Assembly: GCF_009914755.1 (NCBI RefSeq)
Contig: NC_060942.1
Reading direction: 5' to 3' (one strand)
Origin: the human T2T-CHM13v2.0 reference genome, Homo sapiens
Length of the DNA: 64,000 nucleotides
The notes beneath the pieces were generated by a model. The model searched no databases. It had not been told where the DNA came from and saw only the letters and a program-made list of their open reading frames with translations. The translations under genes were made by a program, and so were the position numbers. Each line of letters starts with the position of its first letter. Positions within the stretch are counted from its first letter, which is position 1. Of the stretch, positions 57,801 through 64,000 are shown piece by piece.

Positions 57801-60800
57801 CTGCTGCATTGAGTGTGGGTGACTTTACAGTGATCAAATTATGGGTGTATGAATAATGTAATGGATTTATGAGAGTAATCCATAAGCTATAACATTTCAG
57901 CTGCCCTCAGATAAGCTGTATGTAAGGACCTTGAGACATGTTTTTTAGACTCTTAAAGGGCCTCCTTAAAAGGATGGGAAGAAAATCTATTTTACTTCCC
58001 ACCATAGATTCCATATTGGCAGGATTCTTGGGGTAGAATTGGATATTATTCACACTCAAAAGATCACTGGGCAGTGAAACATAATAAGGCCACAGAATAT
58101 GGTGAAGTACTCTGTACTACCTTGAAACATTTTTAGCTTTCAGCATCCAATTGTGTAATTGCAATGTGTGTTGTCATTAGTACTTATAAGCCTTTTTGCT
58201 TAATTTTAAAATTGGAATTAAAATACTGACTTACATTTTGAAAATTCCCTAAAAACATCATCCTCTTTCCTTTGGATTCTTGCTCATGACTGATTCATAG
58301 AATCAATAATATGCAGGGCCAGTATTGTGAGAGATTTTCTTTTAAATGAGTTTCTAGGGCTCCAGTGATTCAAAAAATCCCATTAAAGTATATTTTAAAA
58401 ATTAAACTGAATCCACCAAATAACACATCCATGAATGCTTATTTGAAAACAATGTAAAAGAGAAGGTTAAAGAAGTTGATGTATATTTTATTGTTTTTAA
58501 AATATTTATATGGGATGAAAATTCAGTGAATCAGAATCTTTTATTCAGAGGCTGCTCGGTAAATAAACTATAGAACACGTAAGATTTATTTTTATGTAGT
58601 TGGATATAATTTATTAATTCGATTTCAATACAGTGAGAGACTTAGAGTGATTTAATGATTGACATGATAATTTATAAGACTTATATTTACCCTCATTCGT
58701 GTCCCTTCTGGAAATCTCATAATCTTACCTGTATATATTGATTTTCATTAGTTCAGATATTTTTCCTTTAAAAAAACAGATTCTATTTTTCTTTATTTGC
58801 TTTTATTTGTTTACTTTGGCTTTTTTGGTAACAGCTTTATTAAGATATAATTCATATAGTATAAATCCTATTATTCTTTAGTCACATGGAAATAAAAGTT
58901 GACCTTATACCAGATCAACAGGTATTGTAATTAGAAAAGTTTAGAATGTAGATTACTTTCAGAATTATTAAAGCAAAAGCTTTTATTTTTGTCAAAAACC
59001 TGCTTTTTTTTTTAAGAAATAGTATATGCATTTCTTGTCTTAACAAACTAATGGTAAATCCCAGGTGTTAAACGGACTCAATCCCATTAAATAGCCATAT
59101 TTTCTTTCATTTTTAACTGATAAATTTCAGAACCATACTGCTTCACTTTCTGTCATTTTATTATGTAATCTTAACTAAGCCTTGCCAATGATGTTTTAAT
59201 TATACCTTTACTATATTAGAGTCATATTTATTCTATTGCTCTAAATTTCTGAATTTTCTGAAGCTTTCATTCTCTCTAAATTTCAAGCAGAATTTTACAG
59301 TTCTGAAGATTTAAATTGTGAACATGAAGATAGACTATAAATTACTGATTGAAAAAAGACAAGTCAAATAGCCCTCTGGAAATTGGTATCCCATAGCCCT
59401 TTGCAATCGTAACTTGTGCATAATGCACTCATGTTTATGTAAATGACATCCTACCAAACAGTCATTTATAATACCAGTTAGCATTTGTATTGAATCCTGG
59501 CAGTGCTTTATTTCTAAATTGTACCCATTTTTAATGAACACCCCCCCCACCCCAAGTAATGTCTTAAAAAGTAATGTCAGGTGCAAATTATTTTTAAATA
59601 GTTAGGTTTTGTTTCTGTATAAGATATTTAACTTTGAAAAGAAAAGTGACAGCCTGCCAAGTGCATAATGCACTCTCCTGAGTATCAGTACTTGCATATT
59701 TTAAGAGAAATCACATAAAAAAGTAATAGAGTATCTCAGTATAAAGCAAACTCAAAAAGTGTTTTTCTTTCATGTTAGCTTCAGCATATTTTAAAATCTG
59801 GTGGGCCATTGAGAAAACAGTTGCGATGTTATTTTTAAAATGTGGAAGCCACAATTTTTTTTTAAATCAGGCATGTTGTGTAGTGTACATACCAAGCCCA
59901 TGAGCCCACAAAAAGGAACAGAAAAATATATTCTCTTTGCAAAGTAGAGTGGTGGGTTATTGACATGCAGATCAGCCACGTTGGACTGAATTGCTCCTAC
60001 ACAGAATAACTGAGGACTTCAAATCACTTTGAAAAGACCAGGCCAGGGCTATAGATTTCTGTGGGCCCTGGCTCCTTGATTACATTTATGGTTGGATTCA
60101 CAAATTTATAAAAATAAGCCAGTTCGTTTATTTGGGGACAAATGGAATACAGATGAAGAAATTTTTATACACTTGATGAAAGAAATGTGTCCAAGTGCAA
60201 TTATTATTTTGAACGTTGAAAGCAAGGCCCACTGCCATCAATGCTAACACATGAACTGTTGCATTCTCTGCGTTGAAAGCTAAGCCCTTGTTTGAAATGA
60301 ACTCTTAAGGTTTTTCCCTTTCTTCAAGAAGGCCTTCCAATTTTCAGGTTTTTCTCCTTAAAAAAATACTTAATATTTATTAGCTAACCAATGATTTGGA
60401 GAAAATAGACTTTTCAAGAGGAAAGGGAAAAAATCACACTCATGGATTATTGGTGGTAATTTGTTGTATGGCATAGCAGTTCACTGGTTGTATGCCAATG
60501 ATGGTTTTCTGAGGTGTGGGAGATGAACTAAAATCTTTCTTAACAGAAAGAGAATTAGCATTACAAGAAATACACACAAAATAAAAGACATTTCCATGAT
60601 GATATCTAATATATTTTCATGGAGACTTGAGTATCTATGTCATCTTTGAAAATTAGTTTTGCTTGTTTTACCTAGCATATTAAAGTTGGGGTGTGTGTGT
60701 GTGTGGTTAGTGGCAGATACGGGTGGGGGCAGGGTAGTATAGAAACTAGTAGTGACTTAATTGAATGAAATGACTAGAAGATAGCTTTCTAAATCCCATT

Positions 60801-61419
60801 TCAAAACTGGACCATCCAATTTCACTCTTAGATTTGATTCCCCCATCCCAGTGCTAGAATTCGGCCAGTAGTTGTAAAAAATACAAGCACTGTGGTGGTT
60901 GCATTTTCTTAATGAAGGTAACATTTGAGTTACCAAACAGTTTACCTAACTGTTTTGTACATAAAAGTAAGAGATATTCTTTTATGATAAAAATCTATTT
61001 TAGGATTCTCATTCATTTAATGTGTACATTTGGTTATTTGGCATTAAAAGTAAACTCAACTTGAACAAAAATTTTTTTGTATTTGCTAAAAGATAATTAT
61101 GAGATGTTTTAATGGGAAGATTAAAAATTTTCTTTAAGACGAATATTTTTCTTACTATACTGTATTCTGTGGCAACTTTATGATTTTTTTTACCAATAAT
61201 CTCGAGAATATATGCAATGGACCAGGGACAAATCCTTACCCAGGATGTGGGAGCGGGGTTGAGGGGGGTGCTGTGGGGAATGGTTCAAAGTAGATTAGAT
61301 AAATTTATGGGTCTGCCAAATCCTCATAATGGGTTGAACGATCGTGACACACAATGTTACATTTTGCTGACCTGTTACTTAGTAAAATGTCAAAATGGAG
61401 CCAGATTTGCAACACATGA

Positions 61420-61772
61420 TGTTAATGGTGGAGAGTGTCCAGGTTCTTGGCCACTTGAACAAAGAATTGGACAAAACGCACAAACAAAGCAAGAAAGGCA
61501 CAAAGGGATTTCTTGAAAATGAAAGTACACTCCACAGTGTGGGAGCTAGCCCGAGCATAGGAGCTCAAAAAGCTCCGTTACAGAATTTTTGGGAGTTTAA
61601 ATACCCCCTAGAGGATTCCATTGTTTATTTGGGATACGCCTTATGTAAATGGAGAGGAAGAAGTAAAGTGACAAAGTCATCTAGTTGGCCTGCGCCCTAT
61701 GGAGAGGATATTTCCTGTCATAGCTGAATCAGCCTTATGTTCCGTGTCTCCAGACCCTGTTTTCCTGCTTCA
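61420..61772 (-). mobile_element. MER51-like (ERV1) solo LTR
   Basis: TGTTAATGGTGGAGAGTGTCCAGGTTCTTGG...GCCTTATGTTCC...CCAGACCCTGTTTTCCTGCTTCA; near-TSD ATGA/ATGG. Confidence 0.8.
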
Positions 61773-62958
61773 ATGGAATGACTTCAACTTTAGTTACATG
61801 GTTTTGTTTTCCTGATGTTTGCAAAGTTACCTCTGTCTTAACTAGGATAGGTTCATCTTTTTTTGATTTGTTACACAGTTGCAGCTATTCATTATTGCAT
61901 CTTTCAAATAAACATGAAAGTACTCTTGGGTTTCAGATCAGGAATTATTAAAAATGATTTGTAGCAAAGGAGGTTGCTTTAAATCCAGTTCAATATCATA
62001 CACTTCTTCTACTTCATTCTTTGTAAAAATTAATCTTTCTAAAGTTTTCCTTCGATTTCAATTGAATATTTCTCACCTTTTCTTGATATATAATATATAT
62101 TGCTAACCTTTTAAAAAACAGTACACATTTATCTCACCCATTTCCCTAATTCCTATGTCTAGACTAAAGGGCAGATCCTCCATATTAAGTTAGTTTTGAA
62201 AAAGTAAAATAAATTTATTTTCTCTTGTGACCAAAATAGTTTAGATTTTCAACCAGCCCATCAAGTGAACTTTCAAATAACCAAATTCACATTGAACTAT
62301 TTTTTAGATGGAAAGTTATAATCAATGAAAATCCAGTAAAATGCATATATAAGTCTTTCAAATGTCAAAAGAGAATACCTGAACTAAGCTTTGGAATACT
62401 AAGCATTTAAAACATTCTCCATTGAAGGCATCCATCCTTTATTAAAATTTGCTTATGTGAGATCATTTAATCCATTTCTACATTGGGAGTTATTTTGGCT
62501 GGATTGCATTGGTCAATATTACCTTTATAATACTGCACTGTAAGAAAGTTTACTTGCTCCGTATGAAATTTCCAATATTTGATGGTTTTTGACCTACAAA
62601 AGCAGCAAGTTTCACTTGCTTCAAACTAAAACTGCTTTTCTTAAGCTCCTTTGAGGATTAAAGGAGAATAGGACAGAAGGAAGCTTCAGAATCCAGACCA
62701 AATTTTACTACTCATCCTCCACCCTTTCTTTTGTCATCTTCTCCCAAACTTTTATTTGCTTCCAATCTTTGTGTTGCTGAATGTTTGGGGCTCTTTAGTT
62801 GTTGAATTTGTATTGCTGTTTCAAAATCAATGGTTTTCCATCTGCTGCTTATATGCAGACAACTATGAGAGAATCATGGAACCTTTGCACTAAACCTGAA
62901 GATTGAATTAAGGGCATTCAGATTTAACCGCTTTTTCAATTAAAAAATTCCTCTACAG

Positions 62959-63293
62959 CAGAGGTCAGCAAACTTTTTTTTGTAAAGACCAGGAAGTAAA
63001 TATTTCAGGCTTTGCAGGCCACGTGATCTCTGTTGCACCTCCTGGACTCTACAGTTTTCAGGCAAATGCAGCCACAGAAATCATGTAAATATATAGACAT
63101 GCCTGTGTTCCAATAAAACATTATTTATGGACACTGAAATTTGAATTTCACATTCTTGTCACGTCATGAACTGTTCTTCTTCCTTTGATTTTTCCCCCAT
63201 TCATTTAAAAATGTAAACATTCTTCTTGTCTTATGGGCCACACAAAACAGGCAGCCAGATGGATTTGGTCTTCAGGTCATCTTTACCAGCCTC
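62959..63293 (+). mobile_element. MER58B (hAT-Charlie)
   Basis: CAGAGGTCAGCAAACTTTTT...GTAAATATTTCAGGCTTTGCAGGCCA...GTGTTCCAATAAAAC...GACACTGAAATTTGAATTTCA. Confidence 0.85.
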
Positions 63294-63579
63294 TACGTCA
63301 CAGCATCACTGACATGGGTCATCTGACGTCATCATAAACACCTCTGTTGATGGGGAGTTGATTACACACAAGTCAGCAAATTCCCAATGCTTCATTTGCA
63401 TTTATCAGAAATGTAGTAGAACCATATTATGTGTGTTATTTTTTATCAAACAAAAGACAAAGAAGGCCCCCAATAATATTTTTGCAGTGACATGATTATT
63501 ATTACTTTTTTCTAAACCAGCTCTTATAGGCAATATTATCTTCCAAACCACTGTGTATAATTTTCGATTATCTGCACTG

Positions 63580-63870
63580 CAATTGTAATATATATTTTGA
63601 CTACTACCTTCGTCAAATAATACTGCATCATAGTGTTTCGTATATAAAGCATGTAGTTTTATAACTAGAATTTCAGATGTCACGCATAAAGAAACCTCAT
63701 TTGAGTGATTATTCCATGTCATTCTTGGCTTTTACGAAATTTTAGACATGTAGGTTGCTTTCACTTGTTTCACTGACGATTGCCCTTGTGCATATTGTTA
63801 AATTTCCAACACTTATATTCATTCCTTTGGGAAGAATTCCAGAAGTGGAATTACTAATTCTGAGTATATA
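63580..63870 (-). mobile_element. Old L1ME-like fragment
   Basis: TTAGACATGTAGGTTGCTTTC...TCCTTTGGGAAGAATTCCAGAAGTGGAATTACT. Confidence 0.45.
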
Positions 63871-64000
63871 ATCATCATAATCTTTGTTGAATTTACTAAA
63901 ATATTATGGTCCCTGTATAAGTGGGGACAATATACATTAAGTCCTTTATGTGGGACAGGCAATGCGCTAAACACTTTAAATACATTATTACATCGAAACC

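Overview
Primate (most likely human) genomic DNA from inside the netrin-1 receptor gene DCC, transcribed on the + strand. Only two coding exons are present: 8620-8774 (155 nt) and 11362-11482 (121 nt). They match DCC exons 6 and 7 as I recall the numbering and together encode the fourth Ig domain. The rest is AT-rich intron with about 13 Alus, young L1PA fragments, old L1M/L2/MIR, MaLR LTRs, MER41, MER51, an LTR47-like LTR, hAT elements and microsatellites. Main leads: (1) exons 6+7 form a 276-nt phase-symmetric cassette flanked by inverted Alus, which if back-spliced gives a stop-free ORF with a strong Kozak ATG; (2) intron-6 read-through adds a hydrophobic segment plus KKKR, ending on an AATAAA; (3) a 5'-inverted L1PA2/3 has its poly(A) tail replaced by a ~620-bp A-free (TTC)n tract; (4) the unstable TA/Z-DNA-like tract lies just downstream of exon 7; (5) several enhancer-like motif clusters. 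Repeat subfamily names are from recalled consensus sequences, not from a search.
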